From an uncultured archaeon (lineage in GTDB: Archaea > Asgardarchaeota > Lokiarchaeia > Sigyniarchaeales > SOKP01), in NCBI GenBank assembly GCA_964583985.1, contig CAZOYD010000006.1:23858-87129 (forward strand): DNA of 63,272 nucleotides, in the 5' to 3' direction. Every line of letters begins with the position of its first letter. The stretch's first letter is position 1. Both the position numbers and the translations under genes were made by a program. Positions 50,182-59,766 of the stretch are shown piece by piece. The notes beneath the pieces were generated by a model, which saw only the letters and a list, made by a program, of their open reading frames with translations, had not been told where the DNA came from and made no database searches.

Positions 50182-51279
50182 GTGAATGAAATTCCTCCAA
50201 TGAGAATTAGGAATGTTATTAAATATTTAAGGACCTTCACCTTGAATAAATTTACTCAATCTAAAATACCTTACTCAGCACAAATCGAAGTAACATTGAG
50301 ATGTAATGCATCTTGTTCTTTTTGTTCTTTTCCATTGTTGCCTAAAAGCATCATATCTAAAGAAATGACAACACAACAGATAAAAAAGATAATTGACCAA
50401 ATTGCGAAATTAGGGGTCACCACATTATCATTTACTGGAGGAGAACCTACTTTAAGAAAGGATCTTCCTGAGTTAATATATCATGCAGGAGTAGTTCATG
50501 ATTTTATGAATGGGGTGGCTACAAATGGTTATTTAATGCCCTCCTTATTAAAGCAAAATAGAAGATTAGAGGGATTAGATTATATATTGCTTTCTTTAGA
50601 TTATCCAACTGCAGCATTGCATAATAAAATGAGGGGTTTAAAAACATTCCATAAAGTAATCGAGACAATTGAACTTGCGAACAAAAGAGATAAAAAAGTA
50701 ATCATTAGTACTGTTGTCATGAATGATAATATTCACTTGCTTGATTCAATATGCGAACTAGCAGAATTTTATAATTGCTCCATAGAATTATTTCCCTGTG
50801 AAGACATTGTTAGAGATTTTCCTGAAAAAACATTCCAAATACATGATATAAAGAAAATCATTCCAAATTTATCTGTGTGGGCGAATCAAATGTCAAAATT
50901 AAGAAAAAAATATAAGATCATTCTGACCGATCCCATAAGCATTGCTGTAGTAGAAAGAGGAGGTTTTGGAGGTTATCCTAATTATCATCAAAACTTATTG
51001 CGATGCCATGTCGCTGAAGCTTATTTATTTGTTAGATTTGATGGGTTCATTGATTTTCCATGTAAAATTCATCCTTTAATGACCTTTGATGCATTAACAC
51101 ATCCTATATCTACGATATATAATTCCATCGAAGTTAGAGAAATAATGGCAAACCACGATCGTTATAGTTTTTGTAATAATTGTAGGTTAGGTTGCGCGAT
51201 TGCTTCTTCCATGCCTGCACGATGGAAAACACTAGGGTCGAAATTTATTTTGGGTTACTTGAATGGAAACTTGAAATGA
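50182..51279 (+). CDS. radical SAM protein with C-terminal SPASM/twitch-like Cys motif
   Basis: CNASCSFC, FTGGEP, TNG, C-terminal C..C...C. Confidence 0.9.
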   Translation: MNEIPPMRIRNVIKYLRTFTLNKFTQSKIPYSAQIEVTLRCNASCSFCSFPLLPKSIISKEMTTQQIKKIIDQIAKLGVTTLSFTGGEPTLRKDLPELIYHAGVVHDFMNGVATNGYLMPSLLKQNRRLEGLDYILLSLDYPTAALHNKMRGLKTFHKVIETIELANKRDKKVIISTVVMNDNIHLLDSICELAEFYNCSIELFPCEDIVRDFPEKTFQIHDIKKIIPNLSVWANQMSKLRKKYKIILTDPISIAVVERGGFGGYPNYHQNLLRCHVAEAYLFVRFDGFIDFPCKIHPLMTFDALTHPISTIYNSIEVREIMANHDRYSFCNNCRLGCAIASSMPARWKTLGSKFILGYLNGNLK

Positions 51280-51381
51280 AAATCTTGAATATATACAAGT
51301 TTAAATTGATTCTAATAGAATTTTAAGAAGATAAAAAAATTTAATTGGGATTAAAATTTTCTTACAATAGTGAAAGGATAA

Positions 51382-51990
51382 ATGAGCAATGAGATTATAA
51401 TTTTTCAGATCTTTCTAATAACATTATTAATGGTCTCTCTGAGTATGATTTTTAATAAGATTTTTGGATTAACTCCCTCAAGTTCAAGAGAAATCAGAGA
51501 ACAGACAATGGCCTTACAAGAACGAATGAGGACCGCTCAGCAAGAAGGTAATGCCCAAAATCTAAGGCAATTACAGCAAGAATCAATAGAATTGACAAAA
51601 ACAATGTTGAAAAAGCAACTAATCCCATCATGTGTACGATGTTTTGTTTTTCTTGGCATTTTTGGGATATTAGGTCTCTTTTTTGCTGAATATGCAACTG
51701 GACTCCTTCCCTTTCCGGTTTTGTTTTTCGGAAGTGGATGGGTTGGTGTATATTTTCTATTTTCAATTTCATTATCGCTATTGATATATTTGGCAAGAAT
51801 AGTTTATAGAAAGATGACGGGAAAAGAAGATAAAAGGAAATTGGAAAAGCAAGAAATCATGGGGATGTTAAATCCAACTTCAGGGAATACTCGAGGGTAC
51901 ATGCAATTAAATGTTGAACCTACTGAAGAGTTGCCTATAGATGATCCTACTGAAAGGAAAGATTCTTGGAAAGAAAAAATACAAAATTAA
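51382..51990 (+). CDS. EMC3/TMCO1/DUF106 (Oxa1-superfamily) membrane protein
   Basis: TM1, coiled coil (ALQERMRTAQQEGN...QQE), TM2, GWVGVYFLFS TM3. Confidence 0.8.
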   Translation: MSNEIIIFQIFLITLLMVSLSMIFNKIFGLTPSSSREIREQTMALQERMRTAQQEGNAQNLRQLQQESIELTKTMLKKQLIPSCVRCFVFLGIFGILGLFFAEYATGLLPFPVLFFGSGWVGVYFLFSISLSLLIYLARIVYRKMTGKEDKRKLEKQEIMGMLNPTSGNTRGYMQLNVEPTEELPIDDPTERKDSWKEKIQN

Positions 51991-51999
51991 ACTTTAAGT

Positions 52000-52341
52000 T
52001 TGAGAAAATTGTCAGAGAAAAAAAACGAGAATGACATCAACACCGATGCTTCTTGGAAAAAAAGGATAAAGAAACCAGTCCAAGAAGAACCAGAACAGGA
52101 ATTGCATGAAACAGAGCCTTTTGTAGATGTTAAATTTAATGATATAGAAAGAGAACCTTATAATTTACACGAATTACATGATTCTGAAACACCAGCGTTT
52201 GTAAATGTTCACGTTAATAATGCTGAAATGCCTGAAAGAATTTGTAAGAAATGTGGTCATCAAGTTAAGGAAGAAAATTTGAATTTTTGCCCAAAATGTG
52301 GTAATAGATTAAAAAGACCAAGGTATAACTTCAGGCGTTAA
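52000..52341 (+). CDS. zinc-ribbon domain protein
   Basis: CKKCG...FCPKCG. Confidence 0.8.
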   Translation: MRKLSEKKNENDINTDASWKKRIKKPVQEEPEQELHETEPFVDVKFNDIEREPYNLHELHDSETPAFVNVHVNNAEMPERICKKCGHQVKEENLNFCPKCGNRLKRPRYNFRR

Positions 52342-52343
52342 GA

Positions 52344-52829
52344 TTGGATGAAAAAGATGATTTAAATCGCCAAATGTTATTATACTTTCTTTTCGCGGTT
52401 TTAATGATAATTTTAAATTATATTATTCAAAAACTCAATCAATTGTTTTTTGCTCCATTAATTTGCTCTAATTTTGGAAGTATTGAGATTATTCATGCCC
52501 TCTATTGCTCGATTTTTCCATTTAATATGCCTGATTTGATTGGATCAATTGCTGCTGTAGGCATTACATATCTCATCAAATTTTTTCTTGATAAATTTAT
52601 CGTATTCAAAAAAGGCGGAAATCAAATAAAAGAAACATCAAAAGAGTTTTTAAAATATTTCGGATTTGCGATCCTAACCACGATTGAAAATGTCGGTATA
52701 CAGTTCCTTCTAAATAATCTCTTGAATACTCCATTAGAAATCAGCATTATTATTGCACTTCCCATTGGATATTTAACGAAATTTTATTTGGATAGGAAAT
52801 ATGTCTTCAATAAAAGAATTATTTTATAG
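52344..52829 (+). CDS. GtrA-like membrane protein
   Basis: 4 TM segments with the repeated motif KFFLDKFIVF / KFYLDRKYVF. Confidence 0.75.
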   Translation: MDEKDDLNRQMLLYFLFAVLMIILNYIIQKLNQLFFAPLICSNFGSIEIIHALYCSIFPFNMPDLIGSIAAVGITYLIKFFLDKFIVFKKGGNQIKETSKEFLKYFGFAILTTIENVGIQFLLNNLLNTPLEISIIIALPIGYLTKFYLDRKYVFNKRIIL

Positions 52830-52954
52830 ATTTCCTTTTTTTTTTGACCTAATCCTCCAATTTAATACCCTTAAAGAAGTTTTGAATAAATTTTTGATTT
52901 ATTTAGGAAATAAATATCAAAAAATTTAATAGATCAAAACACGTTTTTTATCAT

Positions 52955-54190
52955 ATGCCCGAAGATCATGAGGAAAAAAAGGATGAAGACGCCATGGTGA
53001 ATGCACTGTCGAGCTTGGGGTGGATTGAAGAGAAAGACTTGGAAGAAGAAGAGCCTAAAAAAGAAGATGAGGCCCTACTAGAACAAATAGCTTCTTTTAA
53101 AGAGCAGAATGGTCAATTGAATGATGAACTTGATAAAATGCGTCACGATTATGAAAAACTATTGCATGACGCATCAGAAGCAAAGCGCCAGAAAGATAAA
53201 TTCACGCAGATGGTAGAAAAGAACAATGATACCATAGAAAATTTGCTAAAATCCATTAGTCAGAAGGATGCTAAGATACATGAATTGGAATCCAACGCCA
53301 AACTTTTAAGTGAATCCTCTAATGATGATGAGATAATTGGTTTAAAAAACCAAATTGAAGAACTTTCTCTAAAATTAGAGGAATTAAATTTCGCAGATAC
53401 AGAAAAAACCAAAATTATTGAAAATCAAAGAGAAGAGATTGATAAGTTTAACAGAATCATAAAAGATCAAATTCAAAAAATACAAGAACTAAATAATGAA
53501 ACTGAAAGATTCAAATCTGAAAAAGAAGTTAATAAGGGATTAATTGAAAGATTACAAGAAAAAGATCAAAAAATAAACGAATTAATGGAGCAACTTCAGT
53601 ATTTAGATAAAGATACCATCCAAAAGTCGAAATATGAGAAACTAACTAATGAAATCTCCATAAAAGATAACATAATAACCGAAAAAGAAAAAATAATCTT
53701 TGAAATGGAAAATACGATTGAAGCAGCCAATCAAAGAACAAAAGAGTTCCAACAACAATTAGAAACATTCAGTCTAGTCAAAAAGGATGTTGAGAATAAA
53801 GAAAAAAGGATCAATACATTAGTTCTTGAAGTTGAACGATTAAATCAAAAGAACATTACCAATGAAGAATTTATGACCAGATTACAGGAGAAATTAGAAG
53901 AATCTCAAGAAAGATCTGGCAATCTCACTGGAAAATTTGAGCTTGAAATGGCAAATTTGAAGGCTCTCATTGACGATAATAATATAGAGATTAAAAATCT
54001 GAGAGAAAATGAAAGTAAACTAAAAAATAAGATATATGAAGCAGAACAGATTGAAGATAGATTATTATCTGAAATGCAAACCCTAAAGGATGACAAATTA
54101 AGGTTTGAATCTGAAATCAAGCAAAAAGAAGAAGAAATTATAGACTTAAAAAAACGAGTAAAACTTGCTCGACGTGAGTCTCAAAAATAA
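52955..54190 (+). CDS. long coiled-coil protein
   Basis: About 370 aa of E/K/Q/L heptad-like sequence with no Pro; short acidic head. Confidence 0.8.
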   Translation: MPEDHEEKKDEDAMVNALSSLGWIEEKDLEEEEPKKEDEALLEQIASFKEQNGQLNDELDKMRHDYEKLLHDASEAKRQKDKFTQMVEKNNDTIENLLKSISQKDAKIHELESNAKLLSESSNDDEIIGLKNQIEELSLKLEELNFADTEKTKIIENQREEIDKFNRIIKDQIQKIQELNNETERFKSEKEVNKGLIERLQEKDQKINELMEQLQYLDKDTIQKSKYEKLTNEISIKDNIITEKEKIIFEMENTIEAANQRTKEFQQQLETFSLVKKDVENKEKRINTLVLEVERLNQKNITNEEFMTRLQEKLEESQERSGNLTGKFELEMANLKALIDDNNIEIKNLRENESKLKNKIYEAEQIEDRLLSEMQTLKDDKLRFESEIKQKEEEIIDLKKRVKLARRESQK

Positions 54191-54228
54191 TGAGCTTTAA
54201 TTTAAATTTATTTTTACGTACCACCAAT

Positions 54229-54443
54229 TCCACATTGCCCACATTTGTACTTTTTACCATAAACTTGAAAAAAAGCCTAATTAATGAAAACAACTGAATT
54301 TAGTTTTAAAATAATAAAAAAAGTAAGTAAAATAATTTATCATTATAATATCTCAATATTTTCTGCGGAAAATAGCCCAATCGTGCTATTTCTCCCTCCA
54401 TTCCACTCCACATTGCCCACATTTGTACTTTTTACCATAAACT
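54229..54443. repeat. 37-bp exact direct repeat (54229-54265 and 54407-54443)
   Basis: TCCACATTGCCCACATTTGTACTTTTTACCATAAACT occurs in the gelsolin gene 3' end and in the intergenic DNA downstream of it. Confidence 0.95.
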
Positions 54444-55414
54444 CGCGGGTAATCTAAAATAATGTTGCTCTTATCAATGCTCTCATGAATGCTCATTTTT
54501 TGTTCATTTCCACATTTGGGGCAGACCCTTCTGCCTTCAGTTTTTTCAATTGTTAGCAATGACTCATCTATAGCTCCAGGTATTCCTGGTGATGCACTTG
54601 ATGCACTTGTTGATTTTACATCCGCAATTTCTGCTTTTAATTTGTCAGGAGTGATATCACTAACCTTGGACTTGAATTCAGGCTCTATATCATCAGCAAT
54701 TTTATCAGCAGCTGTTTCTGGTTCTAATTCAGATTCGGCCCTTAATTGATAAGCGTCAGATTCTTTGTAATTTTCCCCTTTCTCTAAAGTAGCTAAAAAT
54801 TCAGCGTCATCACCTTCCTCATAAATAGTCTCATTTTGTAAACCGGCTCTTTCTGCATCAATTTCTCTAGCCCATTGTCCCGCTTTGACTTTCTCCTTGA
54901 CATTACATGCCTTCCCTTGCCAAATGTAAACTTTATTTCCTAAATCCATAACAAAACAATCTTCAGTATCTAAACTCTCTTTTTTGTAAGGCACTTGTAC
55001 CATTTTCATGGAATTAATTCCCTCAAATTCCTCTGATGAAACTCTATAAAGTACATTAACATGTTCAGCAAATTGAGCATAATCTCCCGTTACAACATCT
55101 TTTAACATTGTTTTTGCGATATTTTTTTCCACAATCTTCATTGCACCCATTCTACTTATCGCTGCCATAAAATCATTGGATTCATGATTCTGATCAACAG
55201 TAATTATCTTAGCAGCTCCACCCCTTTGTTGATCTAACGTCCTTGCTTGAGCTGCTCCAACAGTTTTTTCATCTACAGAGCATTTAGCTCCGATCCAAAC
55301 GTAAATAGTTTTATCATCATCGACGAGATATACATCTCCCGTGGAAAATACAGGCTTATTAATTTCTTGAAGTTCCCCTTGATTGACCATATAAGTTTTC
55401 ATAATATTTCCCAA
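54386..55414 (-). CDS. two-domain gelsolin-family protein with C-terminal Zn ribbon
   Basis: GDVYLVDDDKTIYVWIG...EK and LDTEDCFVMDLGNKVYIWQG...EK gelsolin repeats; CPKCG...CGQCG. Confidence 0.9.
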   Translation of the reverse strand: MGNIMKTYMVNQGELQEINKPVFSTGDVYLVDDDKTIYVWIGAKCSVDEKTVGAAQARTLDQQRGGAAKIITVDQNHESNDFMAAISRMGAMKIVEKNIAKTMLKDVVTGDYAQFAEHVNVLYRVSSEEFEGINSMKMVQVPYKKESLDTEDCFVMDLGNKVYIWQGKACNVKEKVKAGQWAREIDAERAGLQNETIYEEGDDAEFLATLEKGENYKESDAYQLRAESELEPETAADKIADDIEPEFKSKVSDITPDKLKAEIADVKSTSASSASPGIPGAIDESLLTIEKTEGRRVCPKCGNEQKMSIHESIDKSNIILDYPRVYGKKYKCGQCGVEWREK

Positions 55415-55491
55415 TTATATTTTAAAAAAACTTACTAAGTATATAAAACTCCATCTTTTTAAATAATTAGAAATGAATAAGAAAAAATAAT

Positions 55492-56874
55492 CTAATAATC
55501 CGCTAAGGCATAATTTATTCTTTTAATTATTTCGGGTATTTCTGTAATATTTATTGAACAATAAGCAATTCGTATTCCATTTATGTTTTCATCTGGTTTT
55601 TCAATCGGAATTACTCCAACCTTATATTTTGATAATAGTAATTCAGCGAAATCATTAGCTTTGATATAATTTGGATCAATATTCATAAAAATAAAGAAAC
55701 CTCCTGCGCAAGGATCAATTGAAATATTAGGATTTTTAATTTTTTTAAGCTCGATATTAATTTTTATATACCTTTCCTTCAGAAGATCTTGCACGGATTT
55801 ACGCATCGAGATAATCTCTTCAATTCCTTTTGTATTAAATAACTTAATCATCAACGCTTGAAAATAATGATTGCAATTCGAGACTGTACTCCTAATTAAA
55901 CCAGATAATTTATTTTCAATCTCATTTTTGAGAATTTCCAATTCTGTATCATCTTTGGTCCATTTAGGTTTAAGTCCAATCGTAATAAATCCAATCCTCG
56001 CACCATATAAAAGTAATTCTTTTGTAGCTCCATCTAATTTAATTGGAATGATATCCTCCTCTAAATCCTGTAGATCATAAAAAATCGACCTGTCAATTAC
56101 ATCATCTGTATATACAAATGGTTCATAAGCATCATCGATAAGAATAATTATTGGCTTTTTTATTTCTTTTTGTTTGGTTCGAAGTAATTCGATTAGTTTT
56201 AAGGATTCTTCTTTTGTAGGTATGTGACCAGTTGGATTATTGGGAAAATTAAGAATGATTAGAATTTTATCTTGAACAACCGTGACCTCATCAATTACTT
56301 CTTCAAAACCTTTGAAATTAAATTGTTGTTCTTTAAAATACGTAAAAGATTTAATTCTTGCCCCTAAAAACCCTTTTATTATGTTATCATAGTTCCCCCA
56401 ACGTTTATTCGGTGCAATGATATATTCATTAGCATTTAATAGCAAAGAACAAATTAAAAAGATACCATTTGTCACTCCCGTTGTTATGATCGGAGTGGTA
56501 GTATATTTCTGAAGGAAATTAATTTTTTGAAGATCTTCTTTTTCATCCAACAAGGATTTATGGATTATCCAATTTTTCCAAATATCTCTTAATTCTGAAA
56601 CTCCTGAAATAGTTGCATAGGGAACTATATCATTTATATCTAAATTTTTAAAATATTCCTTAATTCCATTAAGATAGCAAGGGAGCCATTCCGACCGACC
56701 TTCTTTAATAAAATCATCCTCGTAAGCATATGCAGCGCCTAATGTACCAATTAATTCTGCCTCTTTTTTTGCTCTTCCCGACCAATAGAAAATTCCTTGG
56801 GGTAAAGATATTCGTTTTCCAAGCTCCGAAAAAGCAGAGTAAAGCGGAGTTTTTTCTAATATTTTAGAATCCAT
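55492..56874 (-). CDS. class I/II PLP-dependent aminotransferase
   Basis: NFPNNPTG, DDAY, DGATKE..YGARIGF. Confidence 0.9.
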   Translation of the reverse strand: MDSKILEKTPLYSAFSELGKRISLPQGIFYWSGRAKKEAELIGTLGAAYAYEDDFIKEGRSEWLPCYLNGIKEYFKNLDINDIVPYATISGVSELRDIWKNWIIHKSLLDEKEDLQKINFLQKYTTTPIITTGVTNGIFLICSLLLNANEYIIAPNKRWGNYDNIIKGFLGARIKSFTYFKEQQFNFKGFEEVIDEVTVVQDKILIILNFPNNPTGHIPTKEESLKLIELLRTKQKEIKKPIIILIDDAYEPFVYTDDVIDRSIFYDLQDLEEDIIPIKLDGATKELLLYGARIGFITIGLKPKWTKDDTELEILKNEIENKLSGLIRSTVSNCNHYFQALMIKLFNTKGIEEIISMRKSVQDLLKERYIKINIELKKIKNPNISIDPCAGGFFIFMNIDPNYIKANDFAELLLSKYKVGVIPIEKPDENINGIRIAYCSINITEIPEIIKRINYALADY

Positions 56875-57005
56875 ATTGCAAGTAATAATTTTTGGTTAAA
56901 TAAAAATAATAAATCTAATGCACTTAATAATAATTTAGAGCAAAAATTCGAAAATGAGAGTAGATTAAAATAATTGAACAAATTATTGCTTATAGCGTTT
57001 TTTAT

Positions 57006-57329
57006 GTGATATGTTCATTTTCCTTAATACGTTGGACAAAAAAAAAAGAAGTAGATGAACCGATATATCTATCACTCCTAATTTCATTAATATTAGTTAT
57101 TTTAATAATCCCTCTTTATATAATTTTTGAGTCTATTGTTGCGTTATTAATTGTTTATTTTGTTGATACCTTTTTAGGAGCGTTTCTAATTTCCATATTT
57201 TATAAGATAAATTATATTAATGCCCTTAAATTTTTCAGCTGGTTTATATTTGGACTATTTTTTTTGTTCTACATTGTGATTTTAGTTGTATTGTTTATCA
57301 TTTCTGGGATTTTTACACTTTTCGTATGA
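57006..57329 (+). CDS. small hydrophobic membrane protein (5' end uncertain)
   Basis: 3-4 TM segments; an out-of-frame TTG-led hydrophobic stretch lies at 56974, before a T6 run. Confidence 0.5.
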   Translation: MICSFSLIRWTKKKEVDEPIYLSLLISLILVILIIPLYIIFESIVALLIVYFVDTFLGAFLISIFYKINYINALKFFSWFIFGLFFLFYIVILVVLFIISGIFTLFV

Positions 57330-57427
57330 AAAATCTAATCTGTATTGATATAACCTCTCATTAGTTATTTTTCAATTAGATAATTCATGAAATAAATATT
57401 TAAGGATCAAAATCTTAATAAGAATCT

Positions 57428-58039
57428 ATGAGTAAAGAAATGAATTCAGAAGAAGAAACTAAGAAAATTGATGAACTTACAAACCTTAAAGCTCTATTTT
57501 TACAAGGTTGGAATGGATTTGTGTCCGAAATGAAGGATGGTTTGACAAATGTTCAACAAGCAATGGAAGAATCATCCAAGAGAAATCAAGAATCATTGAA
57601 AAAAAATAGAGAAAATGTCGAAAAATTTTTTAACGAAATCAAACAATCTAGTGAAAATGATTTAAATCAATTGATAGAAGAAATTCAGCAATCTCATCAA
57701 AAAAATAAGCTAAATTGGGAACAAAATAAAGAGAAGATTGCATATTTTTTTCAGACTTCCCAACAACAATGGAATGATCAATTGAATGCATGGAATGAGG
57801 AAATTAAACAAAAGCAGAACGAAACTGCAGAAGAATGGGAAGCTCGAAGGACACAATTCATTGAGGATTTTACTAGTTGGAAAGAGAAATCCAAGCGTGA
57901 TTGGGAAAAAGGACTTAAAACCTTCCGGAGAGAGATGATAAAAGGATCATACATGTTTCTTGTGTTTATGATTCCAATTTTAATAGTATTAGTTGTCATT
58001 GTTTGGGTAATTAATTGGGCAATGGGGGGATTTAAATAA
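57428..58039 (+). CDS. tail-anchored amphipathic helical protein
   Basis: Helical Q/E/K/W-rich body and a single C-terminal TM helix. Confidence 0.75.
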   Translation: MSKEMNSEEETKKIDELTNLKALFLQGWNGFVSEMKDGLTNVQQAMEESSKRNQESLKKNRENVEKFFNEIKQSSENDLNQLIEEIQQSHQKNKLNWEQNKEKIAYFFQTSQQQWNDQLNAWNEEIKQKQNETAEEWEARRTQFIEDFTSWKEKSKRDWEKGLKTFRREMIKGSYMFLVFMIPILIVLVVIVWVINWAMGGFK

Positions 58040-58063
58040 TCGACATGATCCTAATGCAGTATA

Positions 58064-58717
58064 ATGCTTGAAATTTTTCTTTTTTCCTTTTTGGTTGCAT
58101 TAACAGGAGCGCTATCTCCAGGACCCTTACTTACCTTTACCATATATAAATCTTTAAAGCAAAAGAGGGGATATCTAGCAGGAATTTATATTATGTTAGG
58201 ACACGCTACAATAGAGCTTGTATTAATATTCACCTTACTTGCAGGAGCTTCCTTTTTTTTTCAGAATATACTTTTCTTGACAATCATTGGAATTGTTGGA
58301 GGAATGCTTTTGGTAATTTATGGTTTTTTGGTTATAAATAATTTGTTTAAAACCAAAGTAAGCATCGAATTTGAGAATAGTCAATACAAAGGATTTAAAG
58401 GAAATAGTTTTTTAGGGGGGATTGTCGTTAGTCTTTCAAATCCGTATTGGGAATTCTGGTGGGCAGTCATCGGTTTAGGGCTTCTTATATCCTTTGACGT
58501 GAGCTTTGCAAATCCTCTTGGGTTATTGTTATTCTTTTTAGGACATGAATTAGGAGACGCTGTGTGGTATCTTCCAATATCCACCCTCGCTTACATAGGC
58601 GGAAAATCCTTAAATCCTAAAATTTTTAAATATATATTGTTCGCGTGTGGTGCTTTTATGATTCTCTTCGGGATATATTTAGCGATAAATATTGTTATTA
58701 GGCCCCCACAATTATGA
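58064..58717 (+). CDS. LysE-family translocator
   Basis: GALSPGP, GHA..E, SLSNPYW.FWW. Confidence 0.9.
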   Translation: MLEIFLFSFLVALTGALSPGPLLTFTIYKSLKQKRGYLAGIYIMLGHATIELVLIFTLLAGASFFFQNILFLTIIGIVGGMLLVIYGFLVINNLFKTKVSIEFENSQYKGFKGNSFLGGIVVSLSNPYWEFWWAVIGLGLLISFDVSFANPLGLLLFFLGHELGDAVWYLPISTLAYIGGKSLNPKIFKYILFACGAFMILFGIYLAINIVIRPPQL

Positions 58718-58889
58718 AATAACTGCATATTATGCTGGTAATATTCTCATATCACAATAAAATAATAATTTTTTAAAATCTACTTTTTTTAATAACAAAT
58801 TTCGAAATTTATAAGTAGTAGAAGAATAAAGTTCTTTTTTATCAGCTCTATTTACTAGAGAATAATTAAGATACTAAATTGAAACAACC

Positions 58890-59741
58890 ATGAAAGAAAA
58901 ACAATTATTGAAGTGTCCCGTGTGCGACAACAAGTTCATTCCCAGAACTTTTTATCCGGAAGAATGTATTTTTTCTAGTCCCGACGGAAAAAAGTTAGAT
59001 TCTGGTTTTAATGGTTATGTTAACATGGGTAGAAAACCTCCAGAAACTATTCTCAGTTCTTGGATCACGTTTTGTCCAAATTGCAATTATATTATGAAAT
59101 TTGTAAAAGAAATTGTGAGAATAGAAAAGATCCAAACGCACGGGTTGAAAGGTACAGAATTAACAGAAAAATTAAACACGTACTACTTTGGTTTTGAATT
59201 TGGAGATTACTCGCAGTATCTTAAAGAAATTATAATGAAAATAGAGAAAGATATTGAAGATAAATTGAAAGATATTAACATGGAAATATGGGAAAATCTT
59301 TATAAAATAGAAGATAACTTCAAATTTCTCGTTAGATTTTTTAATAATTTAAATGATTATTGCGATAAAACATTAAAAGTCAGCATTAACTCTGATATGC
59401 CTAATAAAATTAAAATGTTAAAACTTCCGAAGGATGTCGAGCTCTCTTTATTACAACTAAACAATATCAAAAATGCGATTGTTAAAGGTGATTACGAGCT
59501 CTCCAAAGAGGAAGAAGATATGATAAACAATATTTTGGTGAAATTTGTTTTTTATTTAGTTGATTCACATATCAAACCACTTGTAAATGAAGATCAACTG
59601 AAAAATGGCTTTGAATTTGTGAGCATGGAGGATCTTGAAGAGCAAATTAAAATCTACCTGGCAACATATTTATATTCCACGTTTAATAGCAATCCAAATT
59701 CGAGCAAGCAAATAAAAACGTATTTAGAGAAAGTTTTTTAA
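58890..59741 (+). CDS. hypothetical protein with N-terminal Zn ribbon
   Basis: CPVC...CPNC followed by a helical domain. Confidence 0.7.
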   Translation: MKEKQLLKCPVCDNKFIPRTFYPEECIFSSPDGKKLDSGFNGYVNMGRKPPETILSSWITFCPNCNYIMKFVKEIVRIEKIQTHGLKGTELTEKLNTYYFGFEFGDYSQYLKEIIMKIEKDIEDKLKDINMEIWENLYKIEDNFKFLVRFFNNLNDYCDKTLKVSINSDMPNKIKMLKLPKDVELSLLQLNNIKNAIVKGDYELSKEEEDMINNILVKFVFYLVDSHIKPLVNEDQLKNGFEFVSMEDLEEQIKIYLATYLYSTFNSNPNSSKQIKTYLEKVF

Positions 59742-59766
59742 TTTTCGTTCTTATTTTTTAATTTAT

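Noticed and set aside
54229-54443. Repeat pair as a diversity-generating retroelement TR/VR
   Set aside because: Only 37 bp, no adenine-specific mismatches, and no reverse transcriptase in the window
56974-57010. Programmed frameshift at the T6 run joining MNKLLLIAFF to ORF 57006
   Set aside because: Cannot be distinguished from chance or a homopolymer error
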